Positions 19,831 through 30,055 of a stretch of DNA of 49,302 nt are shown piece by piece (within the stretch, counting starts at the first letter, position 1; each line of letters starts with the position of its first letter). Position numbers and translations under genes: made by a program. This stretch comes from an uncultured Mycobacterium sp. Lineage in GTDB: Bacteria; Actinomycetota; Actinomycetes; Mycobacteriales; Mycobacteriaceae. The notes under the pieces were generated by a model. The model was not told the origin of the DNA and did not search any database. It worked only from the letters and a program-made list of their open reading frames with translations. The stretch is taken from the NCBI GenBank assembly GCA_964653535.1, contig CAZZHX010000001.1:1-49302 (forward strand), in the 5' to 3' direction.

Positions 19831-20016
19831 ATGACTGCAACTCTGACAAGTCCGAATCTGACGAGAGCGGACCGGTGCGACCGCTGTGGGGCTGCGGCCC
19901 GCGTTCGCGCCAAGCTGCCCTCAGGAGCCGAGCTCCTCTTCTGCCAGCACCACGCCAACGAGCACGAGGCCAGGCTGGTCGAACTCGCCGCGGTCCTGGA
20001 GGCCAGCGAACACTAG
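19831..20016 (+). CDS. Small actinobacterial Cys/His protein (DUF7455-like, 61 aa)
   Basis: GGAGAGG SD; MTATLTSPNLTRADRCDRCGAAARVRAKLPSGAELLFCQHHANEHE. Confidence 0.85.
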   Translation: MTATLTSPNLTRADRCDRCGAAARVRAKLPSGAELLFCQHHANEHEARLVELAAVLEASEH

Positions 20017-21719
20017 CCAGCCCGGTCACGGGGCCCGGGAGCAGTTCGGGCACCGACGAGCAGGTGGGAGTCGTAGCGGCCGCCGCTGTGGACGATGACG
20101 TGGCCTTTGGCGCTGGGGCTGTATCCGGAAGGAAACTGCCCGGTGATCGGGTTGCGGGGATAGGGCCAGTCGCCGCGCAGTTCGAGCTGGACGACGTCGC
20201 CGGCGCGGAACCGCGTGGCCTGCGGGAGCAATGCGACATCGACCTGCACGATCTCCCCGGGCCCCGGCGGTTGTTCGCGGGCGAAGGTGTGGACGGGTTG
20301 CCATTCGCTGCTCAGCTGGAGGTCGAGCTCGCGGAACGCGGGCCGCTGCCAGCCGTGGGTGACCATGTCCCCGGAGAATCCGAACGACCCCTCGAACGTG
20401 ACCTCCCGCCCGGCGTGGAGTTTGCGCACCCCGGCGAACAGATGAATGTCCGCGCAGTCCGGGGTCTCCACCCAGACGCGCAGCGTCATCGGTCCCAGCA
20501 GATCGAGGTCTCGGGGAACCACCCAGGCGAAGGTGACAGCGTCGCGACGGATCCGAAAACGGACAGAGGCGGGCTTCGGCGGGGGGTCCCCCTCGGTGAG
20601 GGTGCCGCGGGCGGCGTCGAGGTGCAGCGGTGTCCAGGTCAGATCCGCCGGTGGCCACTCGGCCTCGTCACGCACCTCGGCCGGGCGCGCGCCGACCTCG
20701 TGGATGGCCAGTCGCACAGCGGGACGCTGCGCCCAGCCGTTGTCGGCGCCTTTCAGCGCCCAGTCGAAGAACTGGGCCTGCACCTGTTTGGCGTCCGCGC
20801 CGTAGAAGTGGGACCACTTTCCGTCGCGGTGGGTGTAGAGCCACTTGTTGGCAGAGCCGATCCGCCGGAACACCTCGAACGACCCGCGGGTGTGCAGATT
20901 GTGGTCGGAGAAACTGCCGCAGACCAGGGCCGGGACGGTGATGTCCTCCAAACGCGGCGTCACCGACTCGAACCAGCCGTCCCGCGTCTTTCGCCGACGC
21001 AACTCCGCGCGCAGGTCGCCGTCGATGCGGGCGCCGCGAGCAGTGCCTTTGGACCAGACGATGGAAAACCCGTTCTCCAGCACCCCGCCCGGACGGGCGA
21101 AGTCGCGGTAAAGGTCGCTGAACCCCTCCCACGGGCAAATCGCCGCCAGGTGAGGCGGTGACAGGGCGGCCACCTTGTACTGGCTGATCGCCAGGTAGGA
21201 CACCCCGTTGAGGCCGACCTTGCCCGTCGACCACTCCCGGGTGCCGGCCCACTCGATCACCTCCGCGTAGTCGAGGGCCTCCTCATCGGAGAGCAACCGG
21301 TCGCGGCCCTGCGAGGTGCCACCGCCGCGCAGGTCGACGTTGACCACGGCGTAGCCGCGCGGCACCCAGAAGCCGGGGTCGGGGGCCTCCCACGACGTCC
21401 ATGCCGAGATCCGCACCGGGTAGGGATGCGGGAACACCCGGTATTGCGGGTTCGGGCCCCGTCCGCTGCGGGTGTTCGCTGGCATCGCGTCCTTGTTGTA
21501 CGGGTGAGCCGACATGATCACCGGCGCCCGAACACCGTCGGAGACCGTCGCCTGGGGGCGGAACACGTTGACCCGCAACGTGACACCATCGCGCAGCACA
21601 ACGGGGACATTCCAGTCGACGTGAATGCCGGCCGGCGGGTCGGTGACCTGCACGTCGGGATGTACAGCACCCCGCACCCGCCGCACCACCCGCGCGGGCA
21701 TGCCGGGAACCAGGCGCAT
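20013..21719 (-). CDS. CocE/NonD-family serine hydrolase (peptidase S15-like)
   Basis: LRDGVTLRVNVFRP, HPYNK, VDLRGGGTSQG, GVSYLA nucleophile, PepX_C-like C-terminal domain; TAGGCT -10 6 nt upstream. Confidence 0.9.
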   Translation of the reverse strand: MRLVPGMPARVVRRVRGAVHPDVQVTDPPAGIHVDWNVPVVLRDGVTLRVNVFRPQATVSDGVRAPVIMSAHPYNKDAMPANTRSGRGPNPQYRVFPHPYPVRISAWTSWEAPDPGFWVPRGYAVVNVDLRGGGTSQGRDRLLSDEEALDYAEVIEWAGTREWSTGKVGLNGVSYLAISQYKVAALSPPHLAAICPWEGFSDLYRDFARPGGVLENGFSIVWSKGTARGARIDGDLRAELRRRKTRDGWFESVTPRLEDITVPALVCGSFSDHNLHTRGSFEVFRRIGSANKWLYTHRDGKWSHFYGADAKQVQAQFFDWALKGADNGWAQRPAVRLAIHEVGARPAEVRDEAEWPPADLTWTPLHLDAARGTLTEGDPPPKPASVRFRIRRDAVTFAWVVPRDLDLLGPMTLRVWVETPDCADIHLFAGVRKLHAGREVTFEGSFGFSGDMVTHGWQRPAFRELDLQLSSEWQPVHTFAREQPPGPGEIVQVDVALLPQATRFRAGDVVQLELRGDWPYPRNPITGQFPSGYSPSAKGHVIVHSGGRYDSHLLVGARTAPGPRDRAG

Positions 21720-21850
21720 GCGACCAGCCTAAACCAGCGGTGTCGGGCCAGATTAGAGTCAGAGACGCCGCAGGGGTGAGACAGCTGTGCCGGAAGCCCA
21801 GTGCTGGCGAATACTACTGTCCTGCAACATGTTCGATGGGAGTTGACGCG

Positions 21851-22747
21851 ATGGGCACAGCCGAGGTCTTCCGGACTCCCGACGACCGTTTCGAGAACCT
21901 GCCCGGCTACGATTTCGCGCCGAACTACCTCGAAGTCGACGGTCTGCGGATGCACTACCTCGACGAAGGACCGCGCGACGCCGCCCCCGTAGTGTGCTTC
22001 CACGGCGAGCCGACCTGGGCGTATCTCTACCGGAAGATGCTGCCCCCGCTGCTGGCCGCCGGCCATCGGGTCGTGGTCCCCGACTACGCCGGGTTTGGCC
22101 GCTCGGACAAGCCGACCGACCGCGGCTGGTACAGCTACGACCGCCACTGCACCCTGATGAACCGCGTACTCGGTGCGCTCGACCTGCACGACGCGACCGT
22201 CGTCGTGCAGGACTGGGGCGGTCCGATCGGGCTGCGGTGGGCGGTCGAGCACTCCGACCAGGTCGCCGCGTTGGCGATCTTCAACACCGGGCTGTTCACG
22301 GGCCGGGTCTCCAAGGGCTTTATGGCCTGGCGCACCTTCGCCGAAAAGAATCCCGACCTTCCGGTCGGCGCCGTCATCCAGGGCGCCACCGTCACCCACC
22401 TGCCCGACGACGTCGTCGCCGCCTACGACGCCCCGTTTCCCACTGCCGAGTCCAAGGCCGGCGCGGCCGAGTTCCCCCTGCTGGTACCCATCGACGAGGA
22501 GTCGGTCGCTGCCCGCCAGATGCGCGCCGTCACCGCCGAGCTCTCGCGGTGGCACAAACCCACCCTGGTCGCCTTCTCCGATTCCGACCCCGTCTTTCCC
22601 TACCCGCGGTCCGGGCAGGCGTTCTGCGACCAGATCCCGTCGGCGACCGAGCAGGTCAAGGTCGAGGGCGCGGCCCACTTCCTGCAAGAAGACCGCGGGG
22701 AGTTGCTGGCCGCCGAGGTGCTCCGGGCCACCCGTCCAGCGACCTGA
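21851..22747 (+). CDS. Haloalkane dehalogenase (HLD-I, DhlA/DhmA-like)
   Basis: RTPDDRFENLP, HGEPTWAYLY, GFGRSDKP, QDWGG (nucleophile Asp plus Trp), SDSDP (acid), HFLQED (base). Confidence 0.9.
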   Translation: MGTAEVFRTPDDRFENLPGYDFAPNYLEVDGLRMHYLDEGPRDAAPVVCFHGEPTWAYLYRKMLPPLLAAGHRVVVPDYAGFGRSDKPTDRGWYSYDRHCTLMNRVLGALDLHDATVVVQDWGGPIGLRWAVEHSDQVAALAIFNTGLFTGRVSKGFMAWRTFAEKNPDLPVGAVIQGATVTHLPDDVVAAYDAPFPTAESKAGAAEFPLLVPIDEESVAARQMRAVTAELSRWHKPTLVAFSDSDPVFPYPRSGQAFCDQIPSATEQVKVEGAAHFLQEDRGELLAAEVLRATRPAT

Positions 22748-22823
22748 CCCGCAGCCACTATGCCCAACTCGCCCGTCGGTCAATACCGGTACATGCCCGG
22801 TCATCGGTGATGCTGGACAGGGT

Positions 22824-23771
22824 ATGAGTGATCACGTCGTCAAACCATCCCGCCACCACCTCTGGCGCATCAGCCTGCGGGCAGTGGCGAAAAGCTGGGA
22901 AGACTCGATCTTCGCCGAGTCGGCGCAGGCGGGTTTCTGGTGCGCACTGTCCCTGCCCCCGCTGCTACTGGGAGTGCTCGGCAGCCTCGCCTATGTCGCG
23001 CCGCTGTTCGGCCCGGACATGTTGCCCGCCATCGAGCACCAGCTGATTTCGACGGCCCACAGCGTCTTCTCCTCCAGCGTGGTCGACGAGATCATCGAGC
23101 CGTCCATCCGCAACATCGCCACCAACGCCCGCGGCGAGGTGGTGTCGTTGGGGTTCCTGATCTCGCTGTGGGCCGGGTCGTCGGCGATCTCGGCGTTCGT
23201 CGACTCGGTGGTCGAGGCGCACGATCAGACGCCGTTGCGACATCCCGTCCGGCAGAGGTTGTTCGCGCTGTTCCTGTACGTGGCGATGCTGGTGGTCGTG
23301 GTCACGTTGGCGCCGCTGGTGGTGCTCGGGCCGCGTGAAGTCGGCCAGCACATCCCCGTCGGCTTGGTCAATGTGCTGCAGTACGGCTACTACCCCGCGC
23401 TGATTCTCGCCCTGACGGTGGGGATCACGGTCTTGTACCGCGTGTCGCTGCCACAACCACTGCCGTCGCACCGGCTTGCTTTCGGCGCGATCCTGGCGGC
23501 GGCGGTTTTCGTGGTCGCCACGCTGGTCCTGCGGTTCTATCTGAGGTGGATCACCAGCACCGGCTACACCTACGGCGCCCTGTCGACGCCGATAGCCTTC
23601 CTGCTCTTCGCGTTCTTCGGCGGGTTCGCGATCATGGTGGGGGCGGAGCTCAACGCAGCGATCCAGGAGGAGTTCCCGGCTCCCGAGACGCACGCGCACC
23701 GGCTGCGCACCTGGGTGGTGTCGCGCCTGGCCAACCGTCTGGCTGATCAGCCCTTCTTGAGCCGCTCGTAG
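22824..23771 (+). CDS. YihY/BrkB-family membrane protein (Rv2707-like)
   Basis: SAQAGFWCALSLPP, LWAGS, YGALSTPIAFLL, GAELNA. Confidence 0.88.
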   Translation: MSDHVVKPSRHHLWRISLRAVAKSWEDSIFAESAQAGFWCALSLPPLLLGVLGSLAYVAPLFGPDMLPAIEHQLISTAHSVFSSSVVDEIIEPSIRNIATNARGEVVSLGFLISLWAGSSAISAFVDSVVEAHDQTPLRHPVRQRLFALFLYVAMLVVVVTLAPLVVLGPREVGQHIPVGLVNVLQYGYYPALILALTVGITVLYRVSLPQPLPSHRLAFGAILAAAVFVVATLVLRFYLRWITSTGYTYGALSTPIAFLLFAFFGGFAIMVGAELNAAIQEEFPAPETHAHRLRTWVVSRLANRLADQPFLSRS

Positions 23772-23986
23772 ATCTGCTTGCAATCCGGGCATACCGGCGA
23801 GCCTGGCTTGGCGGCCTTGGTCACCGGGAAGACCTCCCCGCACAAGGCGACCACGTGGTTGCCCATCACCGCGCTCTCGGTGATCTTGTCCTTCTTGACG
23901 TAGTGGAAGAACTTGGGGGTATCGCTGCCGGTCCCGTCATCGCCGAGTTCGTCGGTATCGGGGCGCTCGATCGTCTGAGTCTGCAT
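23747..23986 (-). CDS. DUF3039 protein (Rv2708c-like)
   Basis: FHYVKKDKI...VVALCGEVF...PVCPDCKQIY. Confidence 0.9.
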   Translation of the reverse strand: MQTQTIERPDTDELGDDGTGSDTPKFFHYVKKDKITESAVMGNHVVALCGEVFPVTKAAKPGSPVCPDCKQIYERLKKG

Positions 23987-24108
23987 GCCTCATATTGTGC
24001 ACCGTCGGCCCGTCGGGGACTGAGTGAACTAGGCCGCGCCGAAATCGCTCCCCTGTGGCACAGTAGGGAGGGTGCGGTGATCGAGCCGCCTATTGAGGGG
24101 TCATTGCC

Positions 24109-24582
24109 ATGCCCGCGGACCGGTTTGACGACGTCGATAACGCCAGCACTGTGATCGACGCCGACGGCTTTGACGTCACGGGCACCACCGGCTTCGAGGC
24201 CGCCGACGCCCTCGATGACTTCGACGGCAAAGGCCGCCCGGTGCTGATCACCGCCGCAGCGCAGTCCTACGACGAACAGCACCGCGCCCGCGTGCGCAAG
24301 TACATGACCCTGATGGCGTTCCGAATTCCGGCGCTCCTGCTGGCCGCCCTGGCGTACGGAGCCTGGCACAACGGCATGATCTCGCTGGCGATCGTCGCGG
24401 GTTCGATACCGCTGCCGTGGATGGCCGTGCTGATCGCCAACGACCGCCCGCCGCGCAAACCCGACGAACCCCGCCGGTTCGACGCCGTCGAACACTTCAC
24501 CGCCATTGCCCCGACGGCCCCACGACCGGCGCTCGAGCGTCCGCGCGAGGACGAGCAGCCTCGCTGGGCGACCGAGGCATAG
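24109..24582 (+). CDS. DUF3099 membrane protein (Rv2709-like)
   Basis: PVLITAA...RVRKYMTLMAFR...LPWMAVLIAND; start uncertain. Confidence 0.83.
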   Translation: MPADRFDDVDNASTVIDADGFDVTGTTGFEAADALDDFDGKGRPVLITAAAQSYDEQHRARVRKYMTLMAFRIPALLLAALAYGAWHNGMISLAIVAGSIPLPWMAVLIANDRPPRKPDEPRRFDAVEHFTAIAPTAPRPALERPREDEQPRWATEA

Positions 24583-24624
24583 CAGGGGCCGTCGCCTCGC
24601 GGATTCGCGTCCGCCGACCGCAGT

Positions 24625-24641
24625 TCTCAGGACATTCTCAG
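24625..24641 (+). promoter_or_regulatory. MprA box upstream of sigB
   Basis: Direct hexamer repeat TCTCAG-N5-TCTCAG; MprA is an established sigB activator. Confidence 0.8.
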
Positions 24642-24691
24642 GTCTGCGCCGCATTTCCACACGTCACGAAGCGTGACGTCGGTAACGGTGT

Positions 24692-24717
24692 GGAACTCTC
24701 CGGCCGTCTATCTCGTT
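24692..24717 (+). promoter_or_regulatory. SigE/SigH-dependent sigB promoter
   Basis: GGAAC-N17-CGTT consensus, 37 nt upstream of the start. Confidence 0.85.
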
Positions 24718-24754
24718 ATCCCCTATGACGGGAAAAGCCGATCGGGAGGTCGCA

Positions 24755-25711
24755 ATGGCAAACGCAATGAGTAGGTTCGATGCCGATCTGGACACTCAGA
24801 GCCCTGCAGCGGACCTTGTGCGCGTCTACCTCAACGGCATCGGCAAGACCGCTCTGCTCACAGCGGCCGGTGAAGTCGAGTTAGCCAAGAGGATCGAAGC
24901 CGGTCTGTACGCAGAGCACCTGCTCGCGACCCGTAAGCGGCTGGGCGAGAAGCGGAAACACGAACTGGACGCGGTCGTGCGCGACGGCGAGGCTGCGCGC
25001 CGGCACCTGCTGGAGGCGAACCTGCGTCTGGTGGTGTCACTGGCCAAGCGCTACACGGGGCGCGGAATGCCGTTGCTGGACCTGATCCAGGAGGGCAATC
25101 TCGGCCTGATCCGCGCGATGGAGAAGTTCGACTACGCCAAGGGTTTCAAGTTCTCGACCTACGCCACATGGTGGATCCGCCAGGCGATCACGCGCGGCAT
25201 GGCCGACCAGAGCCGGACCATTCGCCTGCCCGTTCACCTGGTCGAGCAGGTCAACAAGCTGGCGCGGATCAAGCGGGAGATGCACCAGATCATGGGGCGT
25301 GAAGCCACCCAAGAGGAACTCGCCGCCGAGTCCGGCATCCCGGTCGAGAAGATCAACGACCTCCTTGACCACAGTCGCGACCCGGTGAGTCTCGACATGC
25401 CGGTCGGATCCGAGGAAGAGGCCCCGCTGGGCGACTTCATCGAGGACGCCGAGGCGATGTCCGCGGAGAACGCGGTGATCGCCGAACTACTGCACACCGA
25501 CATCCGCAGCGTGCTGGCCACCCTCGACGAGCGTGAGCACCAGGTGATCCGGTTGCGCTACGGCCTCGACGACGGGCAGCCGCGGACACTGGACCAGATC
25601 GGCAAGCTGTTCGGTCTGTCGCGCGAGCGGGTCCGCCAGATCGAACGTGACGTCATGTCCAAACTGCGCAACGGCGAGCGCGCCGATCGGCTGCGCTCGT
25701 ACGCCAGCTAG
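24755..25711 (+). CDS. sigB: Group 2 sigma factor SigB
   Basis: [15 protein letters not shown], sigma regions 2-4, C-terminal RLRSYAS; GGAGG SD; adjacent to ideR. Confidence 0.97.
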   Translation: MANAMSRFDADLDTQSPAADLVRVYLNGIGKTALLTAAGEVELAKRIEAGLYAEHLLATRKRLGEKRKHELDAVVRDGEAARRHLLEANLRLVVSLAKRYTGRGMPLLDLIQEGNLGLIRAMEKFDYAKGFKFSTYATWWIRQAITRGMADQSRTIRLPVHLVEQVNKLARIKREMHQIMGREATQEELAAESGIPVEKINDLLDHSRDPVSLDMPVGSEEEAPLGDFIEDAEAMSAENAVIAELLHTDIRSVLATLDEREHQVIRLRYGLDDGQPRTLDQIGKLFGLSRERVRQIERDVMSKLRNGERADRLRSYAS

Positions 25712-25767
25712 GCGCACGCGGATGCAAGACCGGAGAAGTACACTCGGACCCCAATGGAGGGTACGGG

Positions 25768-26457
25768 ATGAACGAGCTGGTCGACACCACCGAGATGTAT
25801 CTGCGCACCATCTATGACCTCGAGGAAGAGGGCGTAACGCCGCTGCGGGCCCGCATCGCCGAACGCCTCGACCAGAGCGGGCCGACGGTTAGCCAGACCG
25901 TGTCCCGCATGGAGCGGGATGGATTGCTCCACGTGGCCGGCGACAGGCACCTCGAGCTGACCGACAAAGGCCGGGCGCTGGCCATCGCCGTGATGCGCAA
26001 ACACCGCCTCGCCGAACGACTGCTCGTCGACGTCATCGGGGTGCCGTGGGAAGAAGTCCACGCCGAAGCCTGTCGGTGGGAGCACGTGATGAGCGAGGCC
26101 GTCGAACGGCGCCTGATGAAAGTGCTCAACAACCCGACCACATCGCCGTTCGGCAATCCGATTCCGGGCCTGCCGGACCTGGGCGTGGGACCGAAGTCCA
26201 GCGGCGACGGGGCTAACCTCGTCCGGCTGACCGAATTGCCGACCGGCTCGCCGGTCGCCGTGGTCGTGCGCCAGCTCACCGAGCATGTCCAGGGCGACAT
26301 CGATCTGCTCACGCGGCTCAAAGAGGCCGGCGTGGTTCCCAACGCCCGGGTCAGCGTCGATAACGGCGCCGACGGGGTGACGATCCTGGTACGGGGTCAC
26401 GCGAACGTCACCCTGCCGCACGCGATGGCGCACGCCGTCAAGGTCGAGACGGTCTGA
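25768..26457 (+). CDS. ideR: Iron-dependent repressor IdeR (DtxR family)
   Basis: MNELVDTTEMYLRTIY, MRKHRLAE, HAEACRWEH, SH3-like C-terminus. Confidence 0.98.
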   Translation: MNELVDTTEMYLRTIYDLEEEGVTPLRARIAERLDQSGPTVSQTVSRMERDGLLHVAGDRHLELTDKGRALAIAVMRKHRLAERLLVDVIGVPWEEVHAEACRWEHVMSEAVERRLMKVLNNPTTSPFGNPIPGLPDLGVGPKSSGDGANLVRLTELPTGSPVAVVVRQLTEHVQGDIDLLTRLKEAGVVPNARVSVDNGADGVTILVRGHANVTLPHAMAHAVKVETV

Positions 26458-26465
26458 TTCGGCCG

Positions 26466-27530
26466 TTACCCGGCGCGGCGGCCGAAAGCCCGTCGGGGCG
26501 GCAGCTGCACGCCAAGTTGCCTGGCGAGCCGATAGCCGGTCACCGCCAGTTCCCGGATCCGCTCGGGCCCCATTCCCGACTGCAGTGCATGGTCGAGCAT
26601 GCCGGCCATCCGATGGTCGGCCCGGCACCGCAGCGCGGCCTCCAGGGACACCCCGGCGAGTGGCCCGTCGCCGCGGGCGTAGGCGCTGAACGCCAGTAGT
26701 ACCAGAGCCTCGACCCGCCACGGCGGCGGCAGGGTGCGCGCCAGCAGCGCCCACAACGACTCGGCCGCCCCGGCTGTTTCGCCCACGGCAAGCGCGTAGA
26801 GCATGTCGCGCACCTGCACGTCGGTCAGCGCGCAGCCTAACTCCGCCAGCTCCGCATCGGACAGGAGTTGGCCGTCCGCGAGGCGGCGGGCGGCGGCCAT
26901 CGCGTTGTCCACGTCACCGCGGCAGCGGCCGGCCGGATCCGAACGGTGTGCTAACCGGCGCGCGGCCCCGTGTCGTTCGACGACGCCGGTCAGTTCGGTG
27001 CTGCGGGCCGGGTCGTCCACCGCGATGACCGCCTGCAGGTCGGCGCGCCGCGAATAGAGCCGCCGACCGTCAAGTACCGCCGCGGCGGCCATCGGCGACG
27101 CCGAGGGATCGTCGATGGGCCCGTTGGCACCGCAACCGTCCGCGCAATGCCAACGCCCGCCGGCGGCGACGCGGTCCACCACATGCGCCGCCCGCAACTC
27201 GATGTCACGCTCCGACAACGCATCTGCGAGCACCGCGCACAGGTGCCGGTATTCCTCGTTGCAGCTCGGACAGTGCGCGCCTTCCGCGGCGACGACCACC
27301 GCGATCGCGGCCTCGGGGCCGGCCCCCGCGGCAACCTCGGCCAGGTGCCCGACCCTGTCGGCGAGGTCGTCAGAAAGATCGGCCCGCATCACCGCCCCGA
27401 GCGTGCCGGCGCTCAACGACACCAGCACCAATGAATTTTCTGGAACGAAGCCGAGAACGGCGGGTAGCGCAGCGATGAGCGCCCCGGGGCGGGTGAGGGT
27501 GAAGTCGGGCTTATTGGTCCTGTGCGTCAT
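26466..27530 (-). CDS. DUF4192 protein (Rv2712c-like)
   Basis: LIAALPAVLGFVPENSLV, RDMLY, AYARGDGPLAG. Confidence 0.87.
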   Translation of the reverse strand: MTHRTNKPDFTLTRPGALIAALPAVLGFVPENSLVLVSLSAGTLGAVMRADLSDDLADRVGHLAEVAAGAGPEAAIAVVVAAEGAHCPSCNEEYRHLCAVLADALSERDIELRAAHVVDRVAAGGRWHCADGCGANGPIDDPSASPMAAAAVLDGRRLYSRRADLQAVIAVDDPARSTELTGVVERHGAARRLAHRSDPAGRCRGDVDNAMAAARRLADGQLLSDAELAELGCALTDVQVRDMLYALAVGETAGAAESLWALLARTLPPPWRVEALVLLAFSAYARGDGPLAGVSLEAALRCRADHRMAGMLDHALQSGMGPERIRELAVTGYRLARQLGVQLPPRRAFGRRAG

Positions 27531-27643
27531 GGAAACCACGCTGACCGCTGCCCCCGTCAGCGGGTACCTGCGGACGCCGGCGGGGTCGGCCTCCTGTGGA
27601 TGGAATCGGAACTGTTAGTGGCGCTGGTTTAGTCTTACTAGCC

Positions 27644-29059
27644 ATGGCGACGACGCGTGCTTACGACATGGTGGTCATCGGTTCGGGGCCCGGCGGGCAG
27701 AAGGCCGCTATCGCCTCAGCCAAGCTCGGCAAATCGGTCGCAATCATCGAACGCGGCCACATGCTGGGCGGCGTGTGCGTGAACACGGGCACCATTCCGT
27801 CAAAGACATTGCGTGAAGCGGTGCTTTACCTCACCGGGATGAACCAGCGCGAGCTGTACGGGTCGAGCTACCGGGTCAAAGACCGCATCACGCCGGCCGA
27901 CCTGCTGGCCCGGACCCAACACGTGATCGGCAAGGAAACCGAGGTGGTGCGCGACCAGTTGATGCGCAACCGGGTCGATCTGCTGATCGGTCACGGGCGC
28001 TTCGCCGATCCGCACACCATCGTCGTCGAAGACCGCTCCCTCAACGAAAAGACTTTGATCACAGGCGATCACATCGTCATCGCCAGCGGCACCAAGCCGG
28101 CGCGACCATCCGGAATCGAGTTCGACGAGGAACGAGTACTCGACTCCGACGGGATCCTTGACCTCAAGACGGTCCCCACCTCGATGGTGGTGGTTGGCGC
28201 CGGGGTAATCGGCATCGAATACGCCTCGATGTTCGCCGCGCTGGGGACCAAAGTCACCGTGGTGGAAAAGCAGCCCGACATGCTGGGGTTCTGCGACCCC
28301 GAAGTGGTCGAAGCGCTGAAGTTCCACCTGCGCGACCTTGCGGTGACCTTCCGGTTCGGCGAGGAGGTCACCGCGGTCGACGTCGGTGCGGCGGGCACAG
28401 TCACCACGCTGGCGAGCGGCAAGCAGATTCCCGCCGAGACGGTCATGTACTCCGCGGGGCGCCAGGGCCAGACCGACCAGCTCGACCTGCAGAATGCCGG
28501 GCTGGAGGCCGACAGGCGCGGCCGGATCGCCGTCGACGACTCATTCCAGACCACGGTGCCCCACATTTACGCCGTCGGTGACGTCATCGGGTTCCCCGCA
28601 CTGGCGTCGACGTCGATGGAACAGGGGCGCCTGGCCGCCTACCACGCGTTCGGGGAGCCCACGGAGGGGATCACCAAACTGCAGCCGATTGGCATCTACT
28701 CGATCCCCGAGATTTCCTACGTCGGCGCCACCGAGCTGGAACTGACCAAGAACTCGATCCCGTACGAGGTCGGCGTGGCCCGCTATCGGGAACTCGCCCG
28801 GGGCCAGATCGCCGGCGACTCTTACGGCGTGCTCAAACTGCTGGTGTCCACTGAGGATCGCGCGCTGCTCGGGGTGCACATCTTCGGCACCAGCGCCACC
28901 GAGATGGTGCACATCGGGCAGGCGGTCATGGGCTGTGGCGGCACCGTCGACTACCTGGTCGACGCGGTGTTCAACTTCCCGACGTTCTCCGAGGCCTACA
29001 AGGTCGCCGCACTGGACGTGACCAACAAGATGCGTGCGCTCAGCCAGTTCCGCCGCTGA
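27644..29059 (+). CDS. sthA: Soluble pyridine nucleotide transhydrogenase
   Basis: [21 protein letters not shown] (CxxxxT), GAGVIG, C-terminal NFPTFSE. Confidence 0.93.
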   Translation: MATTRAYDMVVIGSGPGGQKAAIASAKLGKSVAIIERGHMLGGVCVNTGTIPSKTLREAVLYLTGMNQRELYGSSYRVKDRITPADLLARTQHVIGKETEVVRDQLMRNRVDLLIGHGRFADPHTIVVEDRSLNEKTLITGDHIVIASGTKPARPSGIEFDEERVLDSDGILDLKTVPTSMVVVGAGVIGIEYASMFAALGTKVTVVEKQPDMLGFCDPEVVEALKFHLRDLAVTFRFGEEVTAVDVGAAGTVTTLASGKQIPAETVMYSAGRQGQTDQLDLQNAGLEADRRGRIAVDDSFQTTVPHIYAVGDVIGFPALASTSMEQGRLAAYHAFGEPTEGITKLQPIGIYSIPEISYVGATELELTKNSIPYEVGVARYRELARGQIAGDSYGVLKLLVSTEDRALLGVHIFGTSATEMVHIGQAVMGCGGTVDYLVDAVFNFPTFSEAYKVAALDVTNKMRALSQFRR

Positions 29060-29075
29060 CGGCGATCGGCCGCGG

Positions 29076-29894
29076 CTAACAGGCGTCCAGTTCGTCCTTC
29101 GGGAACGCGTCGCCGGGTCCGCCGGCGACGGCGCGCGCCAGGAGGCTCCCGATGTGTTCGTCGAACGGCGACGAAAACGAGATGTTTTCCGCGCAGCCAC
29201 CCCCCTGCAGGCCGCCGATCAACCCGGTGACCGTCGTCCCGCTCACCCACGGCGCGCCGCTGGTGCCGGCGACCAGTCCCTCGCACACCATCGAGGGGTA
29301 ACCACTGTCGGTCACCGAGGTACTGGCCTGGCAGCCGATCGGCGACCCGCCCACCCCGGTCGGATAGCCCATCACGGTGACGCGGCTGCCCGGTGGCGGC
29401 GCGTCACCCAGCGTCAACGCCAGCCCGGTGCGCGATTCGACCGACGCGCCCGTCGGGCTGCTGACCCGCGCAATCGCGTAATCGGCGCGCGGATCCCTCC
29501 CCGACACCCACCGCGGGTCAAGGTAGACCGAGTCCGCCGTCCAGACGTCGGTCGGCCGGGCGTCACCGGCGAACCCCGGCACGAAGGAAAACTTGGCGGC
29601 CCCGCCCAGACAATGCGCCGCGGTGATCACCAGATTCCCGGCCACCGAGTGCACCACCGAACCCGTGCACACATGCTCGACGGCGCCGTCCAGGAAGATC
29701 GGGCCGATGCGCAGGTCGGGTTCCATGGGTACCGCGACGGCCCCGCGATGCGGCTGGCTGAGCGGCTGCACGGACTTGCTCGCGGGAGGCACCGTCGTGC
29801 TGGGCCGAGATACGTGACCGTCGGGCCGAGTGCACGACGCCAGCACTACCGCCAGGCCGAACACCGGGCACAGCAACACCATCGGCACACGCAT
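29076..29894 (-). CDS. Trypsin-like serine protease, probable lipoprotein
   Basis: Lipobox-like VLASC after a hydrophobic stretch; TAAHC, DYA and GTSG catalytic triad motifs. Confidence 0.82.
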   Translation of the reverse strand: MRVPMVLLCPVFGLAVVLASCTRPDGHVSRPSTTVPPASKSVQPLSQPHRGAVAVPMEPDLRIGPIFLDGAVEHVCTGSVVHSVAGNLVITAAHCLGGAAKFSFVPGFAGDARPTDVWTADSVYLDPRWVSGRDPRADYAIARVSSPTGASVESRTGLALTLGDAPPPGSRVTVMGYPTGVGGSPIGCQASTSVTDSGYPSMVCEGLVAGTSGAPWVSGTTVTGLIGGLQGGGCAENISFSSPFDEHIGSLLARAVAGGPGDAFPKDELDAC

Positions 29895-30055
29895 TGTGGA
29901 CCCATCATGCCTGACGCCGGGGACCCGGGTGCAGGTCACCTCGGACGTCAACGGAACAAGCGGGGTCATGTTCGGCGTTCATTCACCGGTGCCCGTTGAC
30001 GTGGGGGACACTGAGTAGGGCACCCTGGAGAGACCCCCGAAAGGAGGCAGCGTCG

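Noticed and set aside
16724-22823. Mobile element or genomic island explanation for the accessory genes
   Set aside because: No integrase, transposase, tRNA or flanking direct repeats seen; base composition looks host-like.
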